Shown in pieces: positions 33,001 to 47,353 of a DNA stretch of 64,000 bases; the first letter of the stretch is position 1; every line of letters starts with the position of its first letter. The notes below the pieces were generated by a model. It was given only the letters and a program-made list of their open reading frames with translations. It searched no databases and was not told where the DNA came from. Source of the stretch: Nemertoderma westbladi (lineage: Eukaryota > Animalia > Xenacoelomorpha); NCBI GenBank assembly GCA_032718475.1, contig JAUCBJ010006717.1, positions 82,374-146,373 on the forward strand, read 5' to 3'. The translations under genes and the position numbers were made by a program.

Positions 33001-36000
33001 TCAGAATGGAATTAACAATCAGAATGGAATGAACAATCAGAATGGAATGAACTATCAGAATGGAATGAACTATCAGAATGGAATTAACAATCAGAATGGA
33101 ATGAACTATCAGAATGGAATGAACTATCAGAATGGAATGAACTATCAGAATGGAATGAACTATAAAAATGGAATGAACTATCAGAATGGAATGAACTATC
33201 AGAATGGAATGAACTATCAGAATGGAATGAACTATCAGAATGGAATGAACAATCAGAATGGAATGAACAATCAGAATGGAATGAACTATCAGAATGGAAT
33301 GAACTATCAGAATGGAATGAACTATCAGAATGGAATTAACAATCAGAATGGAATGAACTATCAGAATGGAATGAACTATCAGAATGGAATGAACTATCAG
33401 AATGGAATGAACTATCAGAATGGAATGAACTATCAGAATGGAATTAACAACCAGTATGGAATGAATGAACTATCAGAATGGAATGAACAATCAGAATGGA
33501 ATGAACTATCAGAATGGAATGAACTATCAGAATGGAATGAACTATCAGAATGGAATGAACTATCAGAATGGAATGAACTATCAGAATGGAATTAACAATC
33601 AGAATGGAATGAACTATCAGAATGGAATGAACTATCAGAATGGAATGAACTATCAGAATGGAATGAACTATCAGAATGGAATTAACTATCAGAATGGAAT
33701 GAACTATCAGAATGGAATGAACTATCAGAATGGAATGAACTATCAGAATGGAATTAACTATCAGAATGGAATGAACAACCAGTATGGAATGAACTATCAG
33801 AATGGAATTAACTATCAGAATGGAATGAACAACCTGTATGGAATGTATGAACTATCAGAATAGAATGAACTATCAGAATGGAATGAACTATCAGAATGGA
33901 ATGAACAATCAGAATGGAATGAACTATCAGAATGGAATGAACTATCAGAATGGAATGAACTATCAGAATGGAATGAACTATCAGAATGGAATGAACAACC
34001 AGTATGGAATGAACAATCAGAATGGAATGAACTATCAGAATGGAATGAACAATCAGAATGGAATGAACTATCAGAATGGAATGAACTATCAGAATGGAAT
34101 GAACTATCAGAATGGAATGTAATATCAGAATGGAATGAACTATCAGAATGGAATGAACTATCAGAATGGAATGCACTATCAGAATGGAATGAACTATCAG
34201 AATGGAATGAACTATAAAAATGGAATTAACTATCAGAATGGAATGAACAACCAGTATGGAATGTATGAACTATCAGAATGGAATGAACTATCAGAATGGA
34301 ATGAACTATCAGAATGGAATGAACTATCACAATGGAATGAACTATCAGAATGGAATGAACTATCAGAATGGAATGAACTATCAGAATGGAATGAACTATC
34401 AGAATGATGGAATGAACTATCAGAATGGAATGAATGAACTATCAGAATGGAATGAACTATCAGAATGGAATGAACTATCAGAATGGAATGAACTATCAGA
34501 ATGGAATGAACTATCAGAATGGAATGAACAATCAGAATGGAATGAATGAACTATCAGAATGGAATGAACAATCAGAATGGAATGAACAATCAGAATGGAA
34601 TGAATGAACTATCAGAATGGAATGAACAATCAGAATGGAATGAACTATCAGAATGGAATGAACTATCAGAATGGAATGAACTATCAGAATGGAATGAACT
34701 ATCAGAATGGAATGAACTATCAGAATGGAATGAAGAATCAGAATGGAATGAACTATCAGAATGGAATGGCCAATCAGAATGGAATGAACTATCAGAATGG
34801 AATGGCCAATCAGAATGGAATGAACTATCAGAATGGAATGAACTATCAGAATGGAATGAACAATCAGAATGGAATGAATGAACTATCAGAATGGAATGAA
34901 CTATCAGAATGATGGAATGAACTATCAGAATGGAATGAATGAACTATCAGAATGGAATGAACTATCAGAATGGAATGAACTATAAAAATGGAATGAACTA
35001 TCAGAATGGAATGAACTATCAGAATGGAATGAACTATCAGAATGGAATGAACTATCAGAATGGAATGAACAATCAGAATGGAATGAACAATCAGAATGGA
35101 ATGAACTATCAGAATGGAATTAACAATCAGAATGGAATGAACTATCAGAATGGAATGAACTATCAGAATGGAATGAACTATCAGAATGGAATTAACAATC
35201 AGAATGGAATGAACTATCAGAATGGAATGAACTATCAGAATGGAATGAACTATCAGAATGGAATGAACTATCAGAATGGAATGAACTATCAGAATGGAAT
35301 GAACTATCAGAATGGAATGAACTATCAGAATGGAATTAACAATCAGAATGGAATGAACTATCAGAATGGAATGAACTATCAGAATGGAATGAACTATCAG
35401 AATGGAATGAACTATCAGAATGGAATGAACTATCAGAATGGAATGAACTATCAGAATGGAATGAACTATCAGAATGGAATGAACTATCAGAATGGAATGA
35501 ACTATCAGAATGGAATTAACAACCAGTATGGAATGAATGAACTATCAGAATGGAATGAACAATCAGAATGGAATGAACTATCAGAATGGAATGAACTATC
35601 AGAATGGAATGAACTATCAGAATGGAATGAACTATCAGAATGGAATTAACAATCAGAATGGAATGAACTATCAGAATGGAATTAACTATCAGAATGGAAT
35701 GAACAACCAGTATGGAATGAATGAACTATCAGAATGGAATGAACAACCAGTATGGAATGAATGAACTATCAGAATGGAATGAACTATCAGAATGGAATGA
35801 ACTATCAGAATGGAATGAACTATCAGAATGGAATGAACTATCAGAATGGAATGAACTATCAGAATGGAATGAACTATCAGAATGGAATGAACTATCAGAA
35901 TGGAATGAATGAACTATCAGAATGGAATGAACTATCAGAATGGAATGAACTATCAGAATGGAATGAACTATCAGAATGGAATGAACTATCAGAATGGAAT

Positions 36001-39000
36001 GAACTATCAGAATGGAATGAACTATCAGAATGGAATGAACTATCAGAATGGAATGAACTATCAGAATGGAATGAACTATCAGAATGGAATGAACTATCAG
36101 AATGGAATGAACTATAAAAATGGAATGAACTATCAGAATGGAATGAACTATCAGAATGGAATGAACAATCAGAATGGAATGAACTATCAGAATGGAATGA
36201 ACTATCAGAATGGAATGAACTATAAAAATGGAATTAACAATCAGAATGGAATTAACAATCAGAATGGAATGAACTATAAAAATGGAATGAACTATCAGAA
36301 TGGAATGAACTATCAGAATGGAATGAACAATCAGAATGGAATGAACTATCAGAATGGAATTAACAATCAGAATGGAATGAACAATCAGAATGGAATGAAC
36401 TATCAGAATGGAATGAACTATCAGAATGGAATTAACAATCAGAATGGAATGAACTATCAGAATGGAATGAACTATCAGAATGGAATGAACTATCAGAATG
36501 GAATGAACTATAAAAATGGAATGAACTATCAGAATGGAATGAACTATCAGAATGGAATGAACTATCAGAATGGAATGAACTATCAGAATGGAATGAACAA
36601 TCAGAATGGAATGAACAATCAGAATGGAATGAACTATCAGAATGGAATGAACTATCAGAATGGAATGAACTATCAGAATGGAATTAACAATCAGAATGGA
36701 ATGAACTATCAGAATGGAATGAACTATCAGAATGGAATGAACTATCAGAATGGAATGAACTATCAGAATGGAATGAACTATCAGAATGGAATTAACAACC
36801 AGTATGGAATGAATGAACTATCAGAATGGAATGAACAATCAGAATGGAATGAACTATCAGAATGGAATGAACTATCAGAATGGAATGAACTATCAGAATG
36901 GAATGAACTATCAGAATGGAATGAACTATCAGAATGGAATTAACAATCAGAATGGAATGAACTATCAGAATGGAATGAACTATCAGAATGGAATGAACTA
37001 TCAGAATGGAATGAACTATCAGAATGGAATTAACTATCAGAATGGAATGAACTATCAGAATGGAATGAACTATCAGAATGGAATGAACTATCAGAATGGA
37101 ATTAACTATCAGAATGGAATGAACAACCAGTATGGAATGAATGAACTATCAGAATGGAATGAACAACCAGTATGGAATGAATGAACTATCAGAATGGAAT
37201 GAACTATCAGAATGGAATGAACTATCAGAATGGAATGAACTATCAGAATGGAATGAACTATCAGAATGGAATGAACTATCAGAATGGAATTAACTATCAG
37301 AATGGAATGAACAACCTGTATGGAATGTATGAACTATCAGAATAGAATGAACTATCAGAATGGAATGAACTATCAGAATGGAATGAACTATCAGAATGGA
37401 ATGAACTATCAGAATGGAATGAACAACCAGAATGGAATGAACAATCAGAATGGAATGAACTATCAGAATGGAATGAACTATCAGAATGGAATGAATGAAC
37501 TATCAGAATGGAATGAACTATCAGAATGGAATGAACAATCAGAATGGAATGAACTATCAGAATGGAATGAACTATAAGAATGGAATGGCCAATCAGAATG
37601 GAATGAACTATCAGAATGGAATTAACAATCAGAATGGAATGAACTATCAGAATGGAATGAACTATCAGAATGGAATGAACAATCAGAATGGAATGAACTA
37701 TCAGAATGGAATGAACTATCAGAATGGAATGAACTATCAGAATGGAATGAACTATCAGAATGGAATGAACTATAAAAATGGAATTAACTATCAGAATGGA
37801 ATGAACTATAAAAATGGAATTAACAATCAGAATGGAATTAACAATCAGAATGGAATGAACAATCAGAATGGAATGAACTATCAGAATGGAATGAACTATC
37901 AGAATGGAATGAACTATCAGAATGGAATGAACAATCAGAATGGAATGAACTATCAGAATGGAATGAACTATCAGAATGGAATGAACTATCAGAATGGAAT
38001 GAACTATCAGAATGGAATGAACTATAAAAATGGAATTAACTATCAGAATGGAATGAACAATCAGAATGGAATGAACTATCAGAATGGAATGAACTATCAG
38101 AATGGAATGAACTATCAGAATGGAATGAACTATCAGAATGGAATGAACTATAAAAATGGAATTAACAATCAGAATGGAATTAACAATCAGAATGGAATGA
38201 GCAATCAGAATGGAATGAACTATCAGAATGGAATGAACAATCAGAATGGAATGAACTATCAGAATGGAATGAACTATCAGAATGGAATGGCCAATCAGAA
38301 TGGAATGAACTATCAGAATGGAATTAACAATCAGAATGGAATTAACAATCAGAATGGAATGAACAATCAGAATGGAATGAACTATCAGAATGGAATGAAC
38401 TATAAAAATGGAATTAACTATCAGAATGGAATGAACTATAAAAATGGAATTAACAATCAGAATGGAATTAACAATCAGAATGGAATGAACAATCAGAATG
38501 GAATGAACTATCAGAATGGAATGAACTATCAGAATGGAATGAACTATCAGAATGGAATGAACTATAAAAATGGAATTAACTATCAGAATGGAATGAACAA
38601 TCAGAATGGAATGAACTATCAGAATGGAATGAACTATCAGAATGGAATGAACTATCAGAATGGAATGAACTATCAGAATGGAATGAACTATAAAAATGGA
38701 ATTAACAATCAGAATGGAATTAACAATCAGAATGGAATGAACAATCAGAATGGAATGAACTATCAGAATGGAATGAACAATCAGAATGGAATGAACTATC
38801 AGAATGGAATGAACTATCAGAATGGAAATGAACTATCAGAATGGAATGAACTATCAGAATGGAATGAACAATCAGAATGGAATGAACTATCAGAATGGAA
38901 TGAACTATCAGAATGGAATGAACTATCAGAATGGAATGAACTATCAGAATGGAATGAACTATAAAAATGGAATTAACTATCAGAATGGAATGAACAACCA

Positions 39001-42000
39001 GTATGGAATGTATGAACTATCAGAATGGAATGAACTATCAGAATGGAATGAACTATCAGAATGGAATGAACTATCAGAATGGAATGAACTATCAGAATGG
39101 AATGAACTATCAGAATGGAATGAACTATCAGAATGGAATGAACTATCAGAATGGAATGAACTATCAGAATGGAATTAACAATCAGAATGGAATGAACAAC
39201 CAGTATGGAATGTATGAAATATCAGAATGGAATGAACTATCAGAATGGAATGAACTATCAGAATGGAATGAACTATCAGAATGGAATGAACTATCAGAAT
39301 GGAATGAACTATCAGAATGGAATGAACTATCAGAATGGAATGAACAATCAGAATGGAATGAACTATCAGAATGGAATGAACTATCAGAATGGAATTAACA
39401 ACCAGTATGGAATGAATGAACTATCAGAATGGAATGAACTATCAGAATGGAATTAACAATCAGAATGGAATGAACTATCAAAAGGAATGAACTATCAGAA
39501 TGGAATGAACTATCAGAATGGAATGAACTATCAGAATGGAATTAACAATCAGAATGGAATGAACTATCAGAATGGAATGAACTATCAGAATGGAATGAAC
39601 TATCAGAATGGAATGAACTATCAGAATGGAATGAACTATCAGAATGGAATGAACTATCAGAATGGAATGAACTATCAGAATGGAATGAACTATCAGAATG
39701 GAATGAACTATCAGAATGGAATGAACTATCAGAATGGAATGAACTATAAAAATGGAATGAACTATCAGAATGGAATGAACTATCAGAATGGAATGAACAA
39801 TCAGAATGGAATGAACTATCAGAATGGAATGAACTATCAGAATGGAATGAACTATAAAAATGGAATTAACAATCAGAATGGAATTAACAATCAGAATGGA
39901 ATGAACTATAAAAATGGAATGAACTATCAGAATGGAATGAACTATCAGAATGGAATGAACAATCAGAATGGAATGAACTATCAGAATGGAATTAACAATC
40001 AGAATGGAATGAACAATCAGAATGGAATGAACTATCAGAATGGAATGAACTATCAGAATGGAATTAACAATCAGAATGGAATGAACTATCAGAATGGAAT
40101 GAACTATCAGAATGGAATGAACTATCAGAATGGAATGAACTATAAAAATGGAATGAACTATCAGAATGGAATGAACTATCAGAATGGAATGAACTATCAG
40201 AATGGAATGAACTATCAGAATGGAATGAACAATCAGAATGGAATGAACAATCAGAATGGAATGAACTATCAGAATGGAATGAACTATCAGAATGGAATGA
40301 ACTATCAGAATGGAATTAACAATCAGAATGGAATGAACTATCAGAATGGAATGAACTATCAGAATGGAATGAACTATCAGAATGGAATGAACTATCAGAA
40401 TGGAATGAACTATCAGAATGGAATTAACAACCAGTATGGAATGAATGAACTATCAGAATGGAATGAACAATCAGAATGGAATGAACTATCAGAATGGAAT
40501 GAACTATCAGAATGGAATGAACTATCAGAATGGAATGAACAATCAGAATGGAATGAACTATCAGAATGGAATGAACTATCAGAATGGAATGAACTATAAA
40601 AATGGAATTAACTATCAGAATGGAATGAACAACCAGTATGGAATGTATGAACTATCAGAATGGAATGAACTATCAGAATGGAATGAACTATCAGAATGGA
40701 ATGAACTATCAGAATGGAATGAACTATCAGAATGGAATGAACTATCAGAATGGAATGAACTATCAGAATGGAATGAACTATCAGAATGGAATGAACTATC
40801 AGAATGGAATGAACTATCAGAATGGAATTAACAATCAGAATGGAATGAACAACCAGTATGGAATGTATGAAATATCAGAATGGAATGAACTATCAGAATG
40901 GAATGAACTATCAGAATGGAATGAACTATCAGAATGGAATGAACTATCAGAATGGAATGAACTATCAGAATGGAATGAACTATCAGAATGGAATGAACAA
41001 TCAGAATGGAATGAACTATCAGAATGGAATGAACTATCAGAATGGAATTAACAACCAGTATGGAATGAATGAACTATCAGAATGGAATGAACTATCAGAA
41101 TGGAATTAACAATCAGAATGGAATGAACTATCAAAAGGAATGAACTATCAGAATGGAATGAACTATCAGAATGGAATGAACTATCAGAATGGAATTAACA
41201 ATCAGAATGGAATGAACTATCAGAATGGAATGAACTATCAGAATGGAATGAACTATCAGAATGGAATGAACTATCAGAATGGAATGAACTATCAGAATGG
41301 AATGAACTATCAGAATGGAATGAACTATCAGAATGGAATGAACTATCAGAATGGAATGAACTATCAGAATGGAATGAACTATCAGAATGGAATGAACTAT
41401 AAAAATGGAATGAACTATCAGAATGGAATGAACTATCAGAATGGAATGAACAATCAGAATGGAATGAACTATCAGAATGGAATGAACTATCAGAATGGAA
41501 TGAACTATAAAAATGGAATTAACAATCAGAATGGAATTAACAATCAGAATGGAATGAACTATAAAAATGGAATGAACTATCAGAATGGAATGAACTATCA
41601 GAATGGAATGAACAATCAGAATGGAATGAACTATCAGAATGGAATTAACAATCAGAATGGAATGAACAATCAGAATGGAATGAACTATCAGAATGGAATG
41701 AACTATCAGAATGGAATTAACAATCAGAATGGAATGAACTATCAGAATGGAATGAACTATCAGAATGGAATGAACTATCAGAATGGAATGAACTATAAAA
41801 ATGGAATGAACTATCAGAATGGAATGAACTATCAGAATGGAATGAACTATCAGAATGGTATGAACTATCAGAATGGAATGAACAATCAGAATGGAATGAA
41901 CAATCAGAATGGAATGAACTATCAGAATGGAATGAACTATCAGAATGGAATGAACTATCAGAATGGAATTAACAATCAGAATGGAATGAACTATCAGAAT

Positions 42001-45000
42001 GGAATGAACTATCAGAATGGAATGAACTATCAGAATGGAATGAACTATCAGAATGGAATGAACTATCAGAATGGAATTAACAACCAGTATGGAATGAATG
42101 AACTATCAGAATGGAATGAACAATCAGAATGGAATGAACTATCAGAATGGAATGAACTATCAGAATGGAATGAACTATCAGAATGGAATGAACAATCAGA
42201 ATGGAATGAACTATCAGAATGGAATGAACTATCAGAATGGAATGAACTATCAGAATGGAATGAACTATCAGAATGGAATGAACTATCAGAATGGAATGAA
42301 CTATCAGAATGGAATGAACTATCAGAATGGAATGAACTATCAGAATGGAATGAACTATCAGAATGGAATTAACTATCAGAATGGAATGAACAACCAGTAT
42401 GGAATGAATGAACTATCAGAATGGAATGAACAACCAGTATGGAATGAATGAACTATCAGAATGGAATGAACTATCAGAATGGAATGAACTATCAGAATGG
42501 AATGAACTATCAGAATGGAATGAACTATCAGAATGGAATGAACTATCAGAATGGAATTAACTATCAGAATGGAATGAACAACCAGTATGGAATGTATGAA
42601 CTATCAGAATAGAATGAACTATCAGAATGGAATGAACTATAAAAATGGAATTAACAATCAGAATGGAATTAACAATCAGAATGGAATGAACAATCAGAAT
42701 GGAATGAACTATCAGAATGGAATGAACTATCAGAATGGAATGAACTATCAGAATGGAATGAACTATCAGAATGGAATGGCCAATCAGAATGGAATGAACT
42801 ATCAGAATGGAATTAACAATCAGAATGGAATTAACAATCAGAATGGAATGAACAATCAGAATGGAATGAACTATCAGAATGGAATGAACTATAAAAATGG
42901 AATTAACTATCAGAATGGAATGAACTATAAAAATGGAATTAACAATCAGAATGGAATTAACAATCAGAATGGAATGAACAATCAGAATGGAATGAACTAT
43001 CAGAATGGAATGAACTATCAGAATGGAATGAACTATCAGAATGGAATGAACTATAAAAATGGAATTAACTATCAGAATGGAATGAACAATCAGAATGGAA
43101 TGAACTATCAGAATGGAATGAACTATCAGAATGGAATGAACTATCAGAATGGAATGAACTATCAGAATGGAATGAACTATAAAAATGGAATTAACAATCA
43201 GAATGGAATTAACAATCAGAATGGAATGAACAATCAGAATGGAATGAACTATCAGAATGGAATGAACAATCAGAATGGAATGAACTATCAGAATGGAATG
43301 AACTATCAGAATGGAAATGAACTATCAGAATGGAATGAACTATCAGAATGGAATGAACAATCAGAATGGAATGAACTATCAGAATGGAATGAACTATCAG
43401 AATGGAATGAACTATCAGAATGGAATGAACTATCAGAATGGAATGAACTATAAAAATGGAATTAACTATCAGAATGGAATGAACAACCAGTATGGAATGT
43501 ATGAACTATCAGAATGGAATGAACTATCGGAATGGAATGAACTATCAGAATGGAATGAACTATCAGAATGGAATGAACTATCAGAATGGAATGAACTATC
43601 AGAATGGAATGAACTATCAGAATGGAATGAACTATCAGAATGGAATGAACTATCAGAATGGAATGAACTATCAGAATGGAATGAACTATCAGAATGGAAT
43701 TAACAATCAGAATGGAATGAACTATCAGAATGGAATGAACTATCAGAATGGAATTAACAATCAGAATGGAATGAACTATCAGAATGGAATGAACTATCAG
43801 AATGGAATGAACTATCAGAATGGAATTAACAATCAGAATGGAATGAACAATCAGAATGGAATGAACAATCAGAATGGAATGAACTATCAGAATGGAATGA
43901 ACTATCAGAATGGAATGAACTATCAGAATGGAATGAACTATCAGAATGGAATGAACTATCAGAATGGAATTAACAATCAGAATGGAATGAACAACCAGTA
44001 TGGAATGTATGAACTATCAGAATGGAATGAACTATCAGAATGGAATGAACTATCAGAATGGAATGAACTATCAGAATGGAATGAACAACCAGTATGGAAT
44101 GTATGAACAATCAGAATGGAATGAACTATCAGAATGGAATGAACAATCAGAATGGAATGAACTATCAGAATGGAATTAACAATCAGAATGGAATGAACTA
44201 TCAGAATGGAATGAACTATCAGAATGGAATGAACTATCAGAATGGAATTAACAATCAGAATGGAATGAACAACCAGTATGGAATGTATGAACTATCAGAA
44301 TGGAATGAACTATCAGAATGGAATGAACTATCAGAATGGAATTAACAATCAGAATGGAATGAACAACCAGTATGGAATGTATGAACTATCAGAATGGAAT
44401 GAACTATCAGAATGGAATGAACTATCAGAATGGAATGAACTATCAGAATGGAATGAACTATCAGAATGGAATGAACTATCAGAATGGAATGAACTATCAG
44501 AATGGAATTAACAATCAGAATGGAATGAACAACCAGTATGGAATGTATGAACTATCAGAATGGAATGAACTATCAGAATGGAATGAACTATCAGAATGGA
44601 ATGAACTATCAGAATGGAATTAACAATCAGAATGGAATGAACTATCAGAATGGAATGAACTATCAGAATGGAATGAACTATCAGAATGGAATGAACTATC
44701 AGAATGGAATGAACTATCAGAATGGAATGAATGAACTATCAGTATGGAATGAACTATCAGAATGGAATGAACTATCAGAATGGAATTAACAATCAGAATG
44801 GAATGAACTATCAGAATGGAATGAACTATCAGAATGGAATGAACTATCAGAATGGAATGAACTATCAGAATGGAATGAACTATCAGAATGGAATGAACTA
44901 TCAGAATGGAATGAACTATCAGAATGGAATGAACAATCAGAATGGAATGAACTATCAGAATGGAATGAACTATCAGAATGGAATTAACAATCAGAATGGA

Positions 45001-46550
45001 ATGAACTATCAGAATGGAATGAACTATCAGAATGGAATTAACAATCAGAATGGAATGAACTATCAGAATGGAATGAACTATCAGAATGGAATGAACTATC
45101 AGAATGGAATGAACTATCAGAATGGAATGAACTATCAGAATGGAATGAACTATCAGAATGGAATTAACAATCAGAATGGAATGAACTATCAGAATGGAAT
45201 GAACTATCAGAATGGAATGAACTATCAGAATGGAATGAACTATCAGAATGGAATGAACTATCAGAATGGAATGAACTATCAGAATGGAATGAACTATCAG
45301 AATGGAATGAACTATCAGAATGGAATGAACTATCAGAATGGAATGAACTATCAGAATGGAATGAACTATCAGAATGGAATGAACTATCAGAATGGAATGA
45401 ACTATCAGAATGGAATGAACTATCAGAATGGAATGAACAATCAGAATGGAATGAACTATCAGAATGGAATGAACTATCAGAATGGAATGAACTATCAGAA
45501 TGGAATGAACTATCAGAATGGAATGAACTATCAGAATGGAATGAACTATCAGAATGGAATGAACTATCAGAATGGAATTAACAATCAGAATGGAATGAAC
45601 AACCAGTATGGAATGTATGAAATATCAGAATGGAATGAACTATCAGAATGGAATGAACTATCAGAATGGAATGAACTATCAGAATGGAATGAACTATCAG
45701 AATGGAATGAACTATCAGAATGGAATGAACTATCAGAATGGAATGAACAATCAGAATGGAATGAACTATCAGAATGGAATGAACTATCAGAATGGAATTA
45801 ACAACCAGTATGGAATGAATGAACTATCAGAATGGAATGAACTATCAGAATGGAATTAACAATCAGAATGGAATGAACTATCAAAAGGAATGAACTATCA
45901 GAATGGAATGAACTATCAGAATGGAATGAACTATCAGAATGGAATTAACAATCAGAATGGAATGAACAACCAGTATGGAATGTATGAACTATCAGAATGG
46001 AATGAACTATCAGAATGGAATTAACAATCAGAATGGAATGAACTATCAAAAGGAATGAACTATCGGAATGGAATTAACAATCAGAATGGAATGAACTATC
46101 AGAATGGAATGAACTATCAGAATGGAATGAACTATCAGAATGGAATGAACTATCAGAATGTAATGAACTATCAGAATGGAATGAACTATCAGAATGTAAT
46201 GAACTATCAGAATGGAATTAACAATCAGAATGGAATGAACTATCAGAATGGAATGAACTATCAGAATGGAATGAACTATCAGAATGGAATTAACAATCAG
46301 AATGGAATGAACTATCAGAATGGAATGAACTATCAGAATGGAATGAACTATCAGAATGGAATGAACTATCAGAATGTAATGAACTATCAGAATGGAATGA
46401 ACTATCAGAATGTAATGAACTATCAGAATGGAATTAACAATCAGAATGGAATGAACTATCAGAATGGAATGAACTATCAGAATGGAATGAACTATCAGAA
46501 TGGAATGAACTATCAGAATGGAATTAACAATCAGAATGGAACTAATAATC
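1..46550. repeat. 18-bp satellite array (GAATGGAATGAACTATCA)n with 22-bp (+GAAT) variants and higher-order repeats; runs off the left edge of the window
   Basis: Uninterrupted head-to-tail monomers from base 1 to a degenerate last unit (GAATGGAACTAATAATCAG, ~46534-46552). No inversions or foreign insertions seen. Recurrent variants: AACAATCA, CAGTATGG, ATTAAC, AACAACCAGTATGGAATGTATG, TATAAAAA, TGGCCAATC. Confidence 0.99.
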
Positions 46551-47353
46551 AGGATTGTGTCGAGGTAGTCCTAGTGAGAATGTGTCGATTTATTTGATTT
46601 GATAGTCTCCATGTAGAGGATTGTGTCGAGGTAGTCCTAGTGAGAATATGTCGATTTATTTGATTTGATAGTCTCCATGTAGAGGATCGTGTCGAGGTAG
46701 TCCTAGTGAGAATATGTCGAATTCTTTGATTTGATAGTCTCCAAGTAGAGGATTGTGTCGAGGTAGTCCTAGTGAGAATATGTCGATTTATTTGATTTGA
46801 TAGTCTCCATGTAGAGGATTGTGTCGAGGTAGTCCTAGTGAGAATGTGTCGATTTATTTGATTTGATAGTCTCCATGTAGAGGATCGTGTCGAGGTAGTC
46901 CTAGTGAGAATATGTCGAATTCTTTGATTTGATAGTCTCCATGTAGAGGATTGTGTCGAGGTAGTCCTAGTGAGAATGTGTCGATTTATTTGATTTGATA
47001 GTCTCCATGTAGAGGATTGTGTCGAGGTAGTCCTAGTGAGAATATGTCGATTTATTTGATTTGATAGTCTCCATGTAGAGGATCGTGTCGAGGTAGTCCT
47101 AGTGAGAATATGTCGAATTCTTTGATTTGATAGTCTCCATGTAGAGGATTGTGTCGAGGTAGTCCTAGTGAGAATATGTCGATTTATTTGATTTGATAGT
47201 CTCCATGTAGAGGATTGTGTCGAGGTAGTCCTAGTGAGAATGTGTCGATTTATTTGATTTGATAGTCTCCATGTAGAGGATCGTGTCGAGGTAGTCCTAG
47301 TGAGAATATGTCGAATTCTTTGATTTGATAGTCTCCATGTAGAGGATTGTGTC
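46551..47353. repeat. 66-bp tandem repeat, 12 full copies plus 11 bp
   Basis: Unit AGGATTGTGTCGAGGTAGTCCTAGTGAGAATRTGTCGATTTATTTGATTTGATAGTCTCCATGTAG starts at 46551, 46617, 46683 ... 47277, 47343. Every third copy carries GATCG and GAATTC variants (GAATTC at 46719, 46917, 47115, 47313). Confidence 0.98.

Noticed and set aside
1-46550. Telomerase-made telomeric repeat (18/22-nt stutter at the window start)
   Set aside because: The G-richer strand runs toward, not away from, the unique DNA. Variants recur in duplicated multi-kb blocks, as expected from DNA-level amplification. A satellite-capped chromosome end cannot be excluded without knowing the scaffold position.
12-46597. More than 150 ORFs encoding (MNYQNG)n, (NELSEW)n and (IVHSIL)n
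   Set aside because: An automatic result of an 18-bp, ATG-containing monomer with stop-free frames. Overlapping frames, near-identical codons and frequent 4-bp frameshifts argue against genes.
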